21,718 bases of DNA from Candidatus Scalinduaceae bacterium. GTDB taxonomy: Bacteria; Planctomycetota; Brocadiia; Brocadiales; Scalinduaceae. How positions within the stretch are numbered: position 1 is the stretch's first letter; every line of letters starts with the position of its first letter. The notes under the pieces were generated by a model. That model saw only the letters and a program-made list of their open reading frames with translations, was not told the origin of the DNA and ran no database searches. The stretch is taken from the NCBI GenBank assembly GCA_046759445.1, contig JBHICG010000060.1:1-21718 (forward strand), read 5' to 3'. Made by a program: the position numbers and the translations under genes. Shown here one piece after another: positions 7,296 to 16,164 of this stretch.

Positions 7296-8033
7296 TTATA
7301 TCGCCAATCCTCCATCAACACCCAAGACCTGGCCTGTTATGTATTTTGCACCGTCCGAAAGCAGGAATGCCGCAATCTTTGCAACTTCCTCTGGTTTGCC
7401 AAACCTCTTTAAAGAAGTCATATCCGTCATCTTCTTCTTGTATTCCTCAGGGAGTGAGGAAGTCATATCTGTCTCTATAAATCCACATGCAATAGCATTC
7501 ACATTAATATTTGCCTTGCCAACCTCTTTTGCAAGGGCCTTAGTAAAGCCGATCATCCCTGCTTTTGATGACGAATAATTAACCTGTCCGGCCACACCTG
7601 CAATACCACTAACTGAAGTTATATTAAGTATGTTCCCGCTTTTCTGTTTGACCATGGTCATTATCACGGCTTTAGAAAAATTATATACACTCTTAAGGTT
7701 TGTGTTAATCACGTCGTCCCAATCGTCTTCTTTCATCAGGGCAAGGAGTTTATCCCTGGTAATACCTGCATTGTTTACTAGATAGTCAATCTGTCCGAAT
7801 TCGTCTTTTACCTCTTTGACCATATTTTTGGCCGCTTCGAAATCTGACACATCTACCTTCTTTGCCAATGCCCTGACTCCATGTGATTCCGCTTCTTTTA
7901 CCAGAGTATTTGCCAGTTCATCACTCTTGGAATAATTGAAAACCACATTACACCCGTTCCTTGCCAATTCAAGTACAATTGCTCTTCCAATACCCCTGGT
8001 GCCACCTGTTACTATTGCCGTTTTGTCTTTCAT
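7296..8033 (-). CDS. fabG: 3-oxoacyl-[ACP] reductase (SDR)
   Basis: TGGTRGIG, NNAGITRD, YSSSK catalytic motif, and ITGQVLGVDGG. Confidence 0.92.
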   Translation of the reverse strand: MKDKTAIVTGGTRGIGRAIVLELARNGCNVVFNYSKSDELANTLVKEAESHGVRALAKKVDVSDFEAAKNMVKEVKDEFGQIDYLVNNAGITRDKLLALMKEDDWDDVINTNLKSVYNFSKAVIMTMVKQKSGNILNITSVSGIAGVAGQVNYSSSKAGMIGFTKALAKEVGKANINVNAIACGFIETDMTSSLPEEYKKKMTDMTSLKRFGKPEEVAKIAAFLLSDGAKYITGQVLGVDGGLAI

Positions 8034-8072
8034 TTACTTTGCCTCCAAAGGACATTTTTATAAAGAAAATCT

Positions 8073-8119
8073 AAATCCCCCCATTCCCCCCTTTACTAAA
8101 GGGGGGGCTAGGGGTGAAT
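8073..8119. repeat. C/G-run palindrome (REP-like)
   Basis: Perfect hairpin ccccccttt-act-aaagggggg (8086-8106) inside imperfect outer aaatcccc...ggggtgaat arms. Confidence 0.7.
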
Positions 8120-8131
8120 CAACAAATTTAC

Positions 8132-8193
8132 GGCTTGTCTGTTTCAGCCTTGACAAGCTTATGGCTTGCTAGTTTCAACCTTGACAAGCTTAT
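8132..8193. repeat. 31-bp imperfect tandem duplication of the crotonase 3' end
   Basis: ggcttgtctgtttcagccttgacaagcttat (8132-8162) versus ggcttgctagtttcaaccttgacaagcttat (8163-8193), 27/31 identical. Confidence 0.85.
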
Positions 8194-8974
8194 TCCGCAT
8201 CATTTCAGCAAAGAGACCTACTTCATACTCTATTCCTTTTTGTGTGTCATTATCCATCGCAAAATTTATACACTTCTTCATTGTATGTATTGCCGTATCG
8301 TTGTTCTCTGCCAATACGCCAGCGAAATCTATTGCCTCTTTAAGGACTTCTCTAACTGGTGCAAGTTTATTAACTAAACCCCATTGCAAAGCAGTCCTGG
8401 CACGAATCATCTTTCCGGAATATAACATCTCCTTGGCCCTAGCAGCGCCTATTACCTTTGGCAGCCTTATTGTCCCCCCAAGACCCGGAATTATACTCAA
8501 TTCCGGTTTTGCCTCGGGCAAGCTGAAAAATGTTATTTCAGAAGCTATACGGACATCACACAACAAGGCAAGTTCAAGCCCAGCGCCTATGGTAACACCA
8601 TTGAGGGCCGCAATTAGTGGTTTCTTGCAATTTTCTATCTCCATATACATCTCGTGGGCCATTAAGAATCTGTCATAATTATTTTCAGCTACCAATCCAG
8701 ATATCCATGAACCGAACAATTCTTCTCTATCAGCGCCATCACAGAAAACGCCTCTTATACTACTTGTTATTATTACGGATGTTATTTTTTCGTCTTTCTC
8801 ATAATAATCAATCCTGTCATATATCGCATCTAATAACCAGGACCCTATAGAGTTCCTCGGGGGTTTTTTCATCTTGATAATACCAGCATAATTATTGTCT
8901 TGAAGTTTTACTTCTTCGCATTCCAAGTGCTGGTATCCCGAATCGTCCTCCCTATTCATTCGTATATCTTTCAT
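8159..8974 (-). CDS. Enoyl-CoA hydratase/isomerase (crotonase) family protein
   Basis: FCDGAD oxyanion loop, GAGLELALLCD and LPE (both catalytic Glu positions present), and IPGLGG. Start is ATG 8974 or 8959; the track start at 9040 translates repeat DNA. Confidence 0.9.
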   Translation of the reverse strand: MKDIRMNREDDSGYQHLECEEVKLQDNNYAGIIKMKKPPRNSIGSWLLDAIYDRIDYYEKDEKITSVIITSSIRGVFCDGADREELFGSWISGLVAENNYDRFLMAHEMYMEIENCKKPLIAALNGVTIGAGLELALLCDVRIASEITFFSLPEAKPELSIIPGLGGTIRLPKVIGAARAKEMLYSGKMIRARTALQWGLVNKLAPVREVLKEAIDFAGVLAENNDTAIHTMKKCINFAMDNDTQKGIEYEVGLFAEMMRNKLVKVETSKP

Positions 8975-9008
8975 AATCTTAACCCGAACAAGTAGAAAAA
9001 AATATTTC

Positions 9009-9481
9009 ACCGCAAAGCCGCAAAGAACGCAAAGTTTCAAAGATTATTGACTATTCTCTTAATTCCTTCTTTTAAAATTGGGACATTTAACGTACTTGTT
9101 TTTTAGTACGCGTAATTAAATCAAAATTCCTAATTTTAAATCTGCAAGTCTTAAATATGTCAAAATTTGCGCTTCATGAATTGATTCCATCTTGTTAACA
9201 GACTTTAATTCCAAAATTACTTTGCCTTCAACTACTATATCCAGTTTATATCCACAATCTAATGTTATTCCTTTATAAACCACAGCAAGAGGTTTTTGCC
9301 TCGTAAATACAATATCTCTAATTTCCAACTCCTTACAAAGACACTCTTCGTAGGCTGATTCTAACAACCCTGGCCCAATGTGCCGATGTACTTCAATTGC
9401 AGCACCTATGATTTCTTTTGACAAAATATCTTCTTCCTTTATCACTTTAGGTTTCCTTTGCGAGCTTTGCGCCTTTGCGGT
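9009..9481. mobile_element. GxxExxY cassette bounded by inverted (cgcaaag)x3 arms
   Basis: accgcaaagccgcaaagaacgcaaag (9009-9034) versus the reverse complement of 9456-9481, accgcaaaggcgcaaagctcgcaaag: 23/26 identical with the same 8/9-nt spacing. Confidence 0.7.
9037..9445 (-). pseudogene. GxxExxY protein (PD-(D/E)xK nuclease-like), C-terminus disrupted
   Basis: GPGLLESAY, LDIVVE and LELKS motifs. A premature TAA lies at 9116-9118. The expected tail NVPILKEGIKRIVNNL* resumes at 9087..9037 in another frame, after about 25 extra nt containing the hairpin cgtact-N8-agtacg. Confidence 0.85.
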
Positions 9482-9493
9482 AAACTTTTTATC

Positions 9494-11539
9494 CTAAATC
9501 TTCAAGGATGCTTCAAATCCTTCATGAATTGCTTCAAGAGCGGTTCTAATACTTACACAGTCACCTATTTTATATAACTCATCTATCTTCCCATCTAATC
9601 CCTTCAAAAGGCTTTGATTGGGTTTATATCCGGCAGCTATGACAACCGTATCCGCAAGAAGAAAATTATCTTTTTTATCCTTTTCATAGATAACACGGAT
9701 TTTTCCATCTATATTTCTTGAATTAGATGAAACCTTTGGTTTAATAACATTTTTAAACTCTTTAACATTTACACCAGTTATGCTATTAACGCTTGCATCT
9801 TTTATTTGCTTTAAGATTATCCATCTGGTTGAGACACCAAACCTTCCTCCAATCTTGTTTTTCATTTCCAGGATAGTAATATTACGTTTACCCCTTGACG
9901 TGAGTTCTACCAGTTCATCCCCTTTTATGACATTATTTTTTAAGAGAAAACAAGCAACATCCGGCTTCATTGCTCCCATCTTTGCGATATGAAGGGCGAT
10001 TTCACAACCGATTGTGCCTCCGCCTATGATTACTACTTCCCTGCCTACTTTTACTTTATTATCAAACACGTCTTCGGCTACAAATACATTCTTTTCTTTC
10101 ACACCAGGAATACCGGGTACAATCGGGCTCCCCCCTACTGCCGCAATCACGATATCAGGTTTTAGCTCTTTTATCGTTGCCATATCCGCTTTTTTGCATA
10201 GTTGTATCTTTACGTTCATCTTCTTTATCTGGGTTTCCAGGAAATTGATAACATTTTCTATTTCTTCTCTCCCCGGAGAAAGGTATGCATATCTTAATTG
10301 TCCACCCAGAACATTTGTCTTTTCAAATAAGTGCACTTCATGGCCCCTTAATGCAGCAACTCTAGCAGCCTCCAGGCCACCCGGGCCACCGCCGATAATC
10401 ATTACTTTCTTCTTCTTTTTGGCTTTCGTAATTTTGTATTCTCTTTCTTTACCAGCTCTGACATTATATAAGCAGGAAATAGATTTGAAGTTTAGCAAAG
10501 AATCGAAGCATCCTTGATTACAGGCAATACACCTCCTGATGTCGTCGAATTGTTTTTTCTTATACTTTTTTGGCAACTCGGGGTCTGCTATTAAGGGCCT
10601 ACCTATCGATATCATGTCAGACTGGCCATTATCTAATATTTCTTCAGCTAACGCTAAATCATTTATCCTTACAGACCCAATTACGGGCACATTTACACTG
10701 TCCTTAATTTTCTCAGATAAAAAGATATAAGACATCCTTGGAATGGCCATAAGCATTATGGGTGTACGGCTCTCATGCCAACCGGGAGAAACATTAAATG
10801 CATCAACACCTGCCTTTTCCAGTTCCTTTGCTATCTCAATGCTTTCATCGATCTTGAGACCTTCATCTATAAAATCGTCACCTGATATACGGAAGATTAT
10901 GGGATACTTCTTTCCTACTCTTTCTTTTATAGCAATTACAATTTCTTTTGCAAAATTTATTCGGTTTTTAAGACTGCCACCATATCTGTCCTTTCTCTTG
11001 TTAGTTGCTTCAGTGAGAAATTGATTGATCAGATAACCCATACCACCATGTATCTCTACTGCATCAAAGCCTGCCTTCTTTACCCTCACAGTTGCATTTA
11101 CAAAACCTTCTATTACTCTCTTAATCTCCGGTATGGTTAACGCATGAGGTGCCTGCTTTATGTTAACGTGCGCTATACTTGATGCTGATACTGGCTGCAT
11201 CTTTGAAAAAAAAGAAGATGCACTTCTACCTCCATGAAGTAATTGTGCGGCAACCTTGACATCATATTTATGGATCGTATCGGTTAATTTCTTCAGTCCC
11301 GGTATAAATTCATCCTTATCCAGGCCGATTATGCTCTTCCATACCTTGCCATTCATTTCCGGATAGCAACCACCTACCACAATCAATCCTACCCCCCCAC
11401 GAGCTCTCTCTATGTAAAAATCAATAAAACGCTCGTTTATAAAACCATCTGACGTAAACCCAAGGTCCATTGCAGACATGGCGAGCCGGTTCTTAACTTT
11501 TATATTACCTATTTTTATTGGTTCGTATAATTTACTCAT
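9494..11539 (-). CDS. FMN/FAD/[4Fe-4S] oxidoreductase, 2,4-dienoyl-CoA reductase (FadH)-like
   Basis: OYE-type TIM barrel (QLLHGGR, EIHGGMGYLI, YGGSLKNR), CIACNQGC-x11-C Fe-S motif, and two Rossmann motifs (GGGPGG, GGGTIG). Confidence 0.9.
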   Translation of the reverse strand: MSKLYEPIKIGNIKVKNRLAMSAMDLGFTSDGFINERFIDFYIERARGGVGLIVVGGCYPEMNGKVWKSIIGLDKDEFIPGLKKLTDTIHKYDVKVAAQLLHGGRSASSFFSKMQPVSASSIAHVNIKQAPHALTIPEIKRVIEGFVNATVRVKKAGFDAVEIHGGMGYLINQFLTEATNKRKDRYGGSLKNRINFAKEIVIAIKERVGKKYPIIFRISGDDFIDEGLKIDESIEIAKELEKAGVDAFNVSPGWHESRTPIMLMAIPRMSYIFLSEKIKDSVNVPVIGSVRINDLALAEEILDNGQSDMISIGRPLIADPELPKKYKKKQFDDIRRCIACNQGCFDSLLNFKSISCLYNVRAGKEREYKITKAKKKKKVMIIGGGPGGLEAARVAALRGHEVHLFEKTNVLGGQLRYAYLSPGREEIENVINFLETQIKKMNVKIQLCKKADMATIKELKPDIVIAAVGGSPIVPGIPGVKEKNVFVAEDVFDNKVKVGREVVIIGGGTIGCEIALHIAKMGAMKPDVACFLLKNNVIKGDELVELTSRGKRNITILEMKNKIGGRFGVSTRWIILKQIKDASVNSITGVNVKEFKNVIKPKVSSNSRNIDGKIRVIYEKDKKDNFLLADTVVIAAGYKPNQSLLKGLDGKIDELYKIGDCVSIRTALEAIHEGFEASLKI

Positions 11540-11545
11540 TTTTTT

Positions 11546-11696
11546 TAACAGCTAAATTGAGCGATTTTATATTTCATATTACTGTAGCCGCAGGCTTTAG
11601 CCTGCGTTTCTCATCATCTGATGGGTATAAGAAATTTCACGTAAGTTACGCAACCTGAAGGTTGCGGCTACACAAATCGCTCAATTTAGGTAACAG
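11546..11696. mobile_element. MITE-like element: 16-bp TIRs, 5-6 bp direct repeat, internal GTAG REP pair
   Basis: ctaaattgagcgattt (11552-11567) and aaatcgctcaatttag (11674-11689) form a perfect IR. taacag flanks both sides (11546-11551, 11691-11696). Inside are gtagccgcaggctttagcctgcg (11584-11606) and cgcaacctgaaggttgcggctac (11649-11671). Confidence 0.8.
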
Positions 11697-11750
11697 CCAT
11701 TATGTTGCGCTAATAATACCCTGAAACCATGAAAATGCGTTAATGTCTAT

Positions 11751-11966
11751 GGATTTCCGATCAAGTCGGGGTGTGATTCTACACCTGTCCGAAGGACAGG
11801 CAGAATCACCTAAGCAATTCCGTTATTCCAGAATTGCCAATGACCATTATTGGCTCTGGATAGCCTACATTTCGTTTTTGCAATTCCCACTCTCTCTGTC
11901 ATTCCTGCGAAGGCAGGAATTTATTCATTTAGCCCATTCCTTCCCCAGCCCTGCTTTTTGGCGGGC
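11751..11966. repeat. Cluster of short palindromic elements
   Basis: Components: ggatttccgatcaagtcggg (11751-11770); gtgattct-aca-cctgtcc-gaa-ggacagg-c-agaatcac (11773-11809); tgtcattcctgcgaaggcaggaat (11897-11920); gccctgctttttggcgggc (11948-11966). Confidence 0.7.
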
Positions 11967-11986
11967 ATAAGGATGAATCTGTTTTG

Positions 11987-13213
11987 TTAAATTTTCATAA
12001 CAGCTAAACAGGAGTTATTCCCTGAATAATCAAACGAGTTTATGAGTACTGAGCTTACGTCTTTTTCCAGTTTTTCATTGATTATGTTCAAATTACATTC
12101 AGGGGCCTTCTCTACATTAATAGTTGGAGGTATTAAATCATTATCTATGGAAAGTACAGATGCTGCTGTTTGCATAGCTCCCGATGCACCATAACATTCT
12201 CCCAAAATAGATTTAATAGCGCAAATAGGTATTTCTTCACCCCTTTCTCCAAACAATTCTTTAATAGCCTTTTCCTCTACAAGGTCTTGTAACTTACTCG
12301 AATTCCCATTTGCATTGATTAAGTCAATATCATCAGAGGAAATCTTGGCATCATCCAGGCACATTTGCATTGCCCTCTTGGCCTTTTCAACTCTTTTTTC
12401 AACGTCATATTTTTTGTTACCAGCAAATAAACTCCCATAGCCAGAAATCTCACAATAGATCTTTGATTCACGACTCAAAGCATAATCAAGGTCTTCCAAT
12501 ATAAATACATAACTACCCTCGCCCATTATAAAACCATTTCTTCTTTTATCAAATGGTATGCTAGTCTCGCTTCCAGAACCATTAGCTTTTGCTAATAGTT
12601 TTCTCATATAAAATATAATGTATAAATCCAGTGAAATTTGCTCAATTCCACCAGCTATGATCACCTTTGCCTTACCACTCTTAATAAGTTTGTATGCGTT
12701 ACCTATTGCATCAGTGCCTGAGGTAAATCCGGAAGAAATCGTCCTGGCAAAACCCTTTATCCTGAAAAAAACTGAGGAATAATTTATGGATGAATTCAAC
12801 GCTACATCATAGCTTAGCATTGGCGAGAGTTCTGTTGGGTTTTCCCTTACAATATCATGAAAATAATCCGTAGTTTGAGAAAAATTCCCAAGTGAAGAAC
12901 CGATAAGTGTTCCAGTTTGATTTGACAACTCATCGTCAATATTTAAACCTGAATCATCAAGGGCTAATTTTATGCTTGAAGCAAGAAATTTAGTTCCCTT
13001 ATTAAGATATTTTAATCCTTTACGTCCTATATACTCTTCAGGTTTTAAACCCTTCACTTCTGCCCCTTTCTTGGACTCATATTTTGATAAATCCAAGCAC
13101 TCCATAGGGGCTATACCAGAATTACCAGATACAAGATTCATCCAGAACTCTTGATATCCTATACCTATTGGGGACACAACCCCAATACCTGTAATTACGA
13201 CTCTTTTATTCAT
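11987..13213 (-). CDS. Non-catalytic beta-ketoacyl synthase paralogue (chain-length-factor/KS-beta-like)
   Basis: FabF fold (RVVITGIG, PFDKRRNGF, MGEG), but the catalytic triad positions are replaced: SSGFTSG (C>F), INANG (H>N), ILGECYG (H>E). ATGA overlap with the upstream KS. Confidence 0.88.
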   Translation of the reverse strand: MNKRVVITGIGVVSPIGIGYQEFWMNLVSGNSGIAPMECLDLSKYESKKGAEVKGLKPEEYIGRKGLKYLNKGTKFLASSIKLALDDSGLNIDDELSNQTGTLIGSSLGNFSQTTDYFHDIVRENPTELSPMLSYDVALNSSINYSSVFFRIKGFARTISSGFTSGTDAIGNAYKLIKSGKAKVIIAGGIEQISLDLYIIFYMRKLLAKANGSGSETSIPFDKRRNGFIMGEGSYVFILEDLDYALSRESKIYCEISGYGSLFAGNKKYDVEKRVEKAKRAMQMCLDDAKISSDDIDLINANGNSSKLQDLVEEKAIKELFGERGEEIPICAIKSILGECYGASGAMQTAASVLSIDNDLIPPTINVEKAPECNLNIINEKLEKDVSSVLINSFDYSGNNSCLAVMKI

Positions 13214-14418
13214 AATTTACTAAATATATTTGTAACATTATTTCCACCAAAGGCGAATGAATTATTTAACACGCAATCGATTTTCAGCTCACGTCCTTCA
13301 TTTGGGACGCAATCCAGATCACACTCAGGGTCAGGGGTTTCGTAGTGTATGGTAGGTGGAACTGCATTATTCTTAATCGCCAGGCAGCTTACAACAGATT
13401 CTATCGCACTTGCAGCGCCCATTGTGTGTCCGATCATAGACTTTGTTGAACTAACAGGAATCTCTTTAGCGCATTCCTTAAAGACTGATTTTATGGCCAA
13501 TGTCTCCATTCTATCATTTAATGGTGTTCCAGTACCATGTGCATTAATATAATCAATATCCCTGTAAGAAATCCTGGAAGCGGAAAGTGCGTCTGACATA
13601 GCCTTTATTGCGCCTGCTCCTTCAGGATGTGGAGCTGTCATATGATGGCCGTCACAACTCATTCCGTAGCTTTTCAATTCAGCATAAACATTGGCATTTC
13701 TCTTTGACGCAAAATCAAATGACTCCATCACCATTATCCCTGCCCCTTCCCCGATTACGAGCCCATTTCTGTTCTTGTCAAAAGGCTGACATATCTCAGG
13801 AGCCAATGCCTTTAAATTATGAAAATGCGTAAACTCAGTTTGTGGTATAAGTTCACCACCACCTACCAACATCACATCAACTTTCCCCTCTGATAAAAGA
13901 TCAAATGCCCATGCTATAGCATGATTACCAGAAGAACATGCATTTAAAGATACCATATTAGGTCCTTCAAAGCCAAAATCTTCAGAAAGCAGAGTAGTTA
14001 TGGATGATGGCGGGTATGTTAAAGCAACACCCATGTCAAATCCATTGGCCTTGTCCTCAGGCGCATTGCGCAGCAAGTTTTCAAAAGGAGGCAGTTCACC
14101 AGCAAGTGTACCAATAGCGATTCCAAATCTCTCGCTATCAAAGCTTGTAATATCATTTAACCCACTGTCTTCTAAGGCTTCCTTTGCAGCAGAATAGGTA
14201 TATTTATGTATTGTGTTTGCCGTGGTTTCATTTTCAAAAGTCTTGCCAATCTTGAAATCCTTGACCTCACATGCACGATGTATTCTATACATTGAAGTAT
14301 CAAAAGATTTTATCTCCGCTGTACCATCTCTACCATTTACGAGAGCATCCCATGCTTTCTTAGCGCCAATACCATTAGCTATTACTAATCCCAAACCCGT
14401 AATAACAACTCTTGACAT
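13210..14418 (-). CDS. fabF: Beta-ketoacyl-[ACP] synthase II-type (KS-alpha-like)
   Basis: Intact Cys-His-His triad (NACSSG, INAHGTGT, KSMIGHTMGA) and NNSFAFGG. Confidence 0.9.
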   Translation of the reverse strand: MSRVVITGLGLVIANGIGAKKAWDALVNGRDGTAEIKSFDTSMYRIHRACEVKDFKIGKTFENETTANTIHKYTYSAAKEALEDSGLNDITSFDSERFGIAIGTLAGELPPFENLLRNAPEDKANGFDMGVALTYPPSSITTLLSEDFGFEGPNMVSLNACSSGNHAIAWAFDLLSEGKVDVMLVGGGELIPQTEFTHFHNLKALAPEICQPFDKNRNGLVIGEGAGIMVMESFDFASKRNANVYAELKSYGMSCDGHHMTAPHPEGAGAIKAMSDALSASRISYRDIDYINAHGTGTPLNDRMETLAIKSVFKECAKEIPVSSTKSMIGHTMGAASAIESVVSCLAIKNNAVPPTIHYETPDPECDLDCVPNEGRELKIDCVLNNSFAFGGNNVTNIFSKL

Positions 14419-14593
14419 GTTTTAATCCTCTAGAAATTAAAATGGATATGTTGGTCACTCAGAACTCAGGCCGAAACTTTTCACATTACTATGGTCTGAA
14501 AAAAACCTGTTTCTAGAAAAACCGTTTTATGAAGCTTGTCTTTAATTTTTTTCGAAGACTTGTACCTGGACAATTAAGAGGATAAAAAAGAAT

Positions 14594-14640
14594 AAATCCT
14601 ACAACCCCACCTACTTGAAATATGGGAATTTAGGGGATTT
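14594..14640. repeat. Degenerate copy of the 8073-8119 palindrome family
   Basis: aaatcc...cccac...tggg...ggggattt has a similar length and layout to 8073-8119, but the inner stem is eroded. Confidence 0.4.
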
Positions 14641-14686
14641 ATTCTTTACTATATTTATTTTCCAGGAAATGTTGAGCAAATATAAT

Positions 14687-16156
14687 TCATGCCTTTGTAC
14701 TTGCCAAACCCAAGTTTTTTCTGTTCTTTAATGCTTCGTAACGCTCCAGGGCGCCCTCGTAAGTTCCCGAAGATTGAAGTTCTTTTAAGTTCTTTAACAA
14801 ATGTTTGAAAACGTCCTGCCAGTCCAGATTAACCCTGAATGCAAACATTGCTGCATTAAGATTATTCAATTCCGTTTTTGCCTTCTTGAATTTTTCCCTT
14901 ATCACCTCAGTGGAATAAATCTTCTCGCAAACGTACTCTAAACCATCAACAAACTCCTGAAGTGAGAGTTGCGACAAGACATAAGTTAAATGATGTGATG
15001 TGTAATAAATCCAATCTTCTGGGAAATTCGTTCTAAACAGTCTATTTTCGCTATTAAGCCTTTTATATAATGGAGTATTAATGAATGGACACAAGATGCC
15101 ACAAGTCATAATGTCGATCTTTGCATCTAATATAAAATCTACCACTTCCTTAAAGCTATCCGTAGTGTCACTATCATTTCCAAACACTATAGTACCCCAA
15201 ACTGCGAGTCCGTGTTTTCTAATGTTCTTTACTGCCTCCTTGTATTTTTCTACTGTGATACGCAGATTAACACCCTTATTCATTGTTTTTAATGCTTCTT
15301 CATTAATAGACTCAATACCAATAAGTACCCCAACACATCCGCTTTTTGCCATATATTCCAATGTTTCATCATCTTTATAAATATTCAGTGAAGTGAATCC
15401 AAACCAGTTCTGATAAATGCCTCTTTCAACCATCTTTTTAAAAAGATCTCTAACCCTTTCATTGGATTTTTTGCTGTGGCCGTAAAAATTTTCATCCGTC
15501 AGGATAAGCCCCCTATACTGTCCCTTTATTTTTTCCAGTTCATTCAAAACATCATCTACAGGTCTCTCTCTATACTTTCTACCCTGAAATTGTGGTACTG
15601 AACAAAATTCACAACTGAAAGGACATCCTGCAGTGGTAATTATGCCGGAATATCTATATTTATACTTATTTTTTAAAAACTCTCTGTCAGAAAATATATC
15701 TTTGTACTTTTCCATAGGAGTTAAGCCACCATCATAAAATTTCTTAAGGCCATTATTTTCAAAATCAGAAATTATTTGTTCCCAAACCGAAATCGCCTCT
15801 CGTACTATTACAGAATCTACATATCTTGCTGCTTCATCCGGATAACTTGTTGCATGCACACCACCCATTATTACGGGAATCCCTTCCTTTCTACATGCAG
15901 TTGCAATCTGATACGCTCTATTAGCCTGATAACTTACGGAAGTAATTCCAACCAGATCAGCCTTATCAAAATATATGTTTACGCCTTTTTCATCCATTGC
16001 TAATTCTTGCGTCTCATCTATTATGTCTACGTCCCAATGTTCCGGTGTCAGAACCTTCAAATAACCCAGGTTAACGGGCATCTGATTTAATACTGAAACA
16101 TTCTCCTCGCCAACATTGCCGATTGGATGAGGATTTATAAGTACTAATTTTCTCAT
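14687..16156 (-). CDS. Cobalamin-binding radical SAM enzyme
   Basis: N-terminal B12-binding domain (LVGITS, IMGGVHAT), CxxxCxxC motif (GCPFSCEFC), DENF, and IGIES. Confidence 0.93.
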   Translation of the reverse strand: MRKLVLINPHPIGNVGEENVSVLNQMPVNLGYLKVLTPEHWDVDIIDETQELAMDEKGVNIYFDKADLVGITSVSYQANRAYQIATACRKEGIPVIMGGVHATSYPDEAARYVDSVIVREAISVWEQIISDFENNGLKKFYDGGLTPMEKYKDIFSDREFLKNKYKYRYSGIITTAGCPFSCEFCSVPQFQGRKYRERPVDDVLNELEKIKGQYRGLILTDENFYGHSKKSNERVRDLFKKMVERGIYQNWFGFTSLNIYKDDETLEYMAKSGCVGVLIGIESINEEALKTMNKGVNLRITVEKYKEAVKNIRKHGLAVWGTIVFGNDSDTTDSFKEVVDFILDAKIDIMTCGILCPFINTPLYKRLNSENRLFRTNFPEDWIYYTSHHLTYVLSQLSLQEFVDGLEYVCEKIYSTEVIREKFKKAKTELNNLNAAMFAFRVNLDWQDVFKHLLKNLKELQSSGTYEGALERYEALKNRKNLGLASTKA

Positions 16157-16164
16157 CTTATCTC

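Noticed and set aside
8975..9040. Track N-terminus MKLCVLCGFAVK of the crotonase
   Set aside because: It is a translation of the (cgcaaag)x3 repeat arm, not protein-like. The start is more likely ATG 8974 or 8959.
11743..11970. 75-aa ORF on the + strand
   Set aside because: It consists of palindromic repeat DNA, lies antisense to the operon and has no SD.
14419..14686. Hidden acyl carrier protein gene between the radical SAM gene and fabF
   Set aside because: No suitable ORF with a DSL-type Ser motif was seen.
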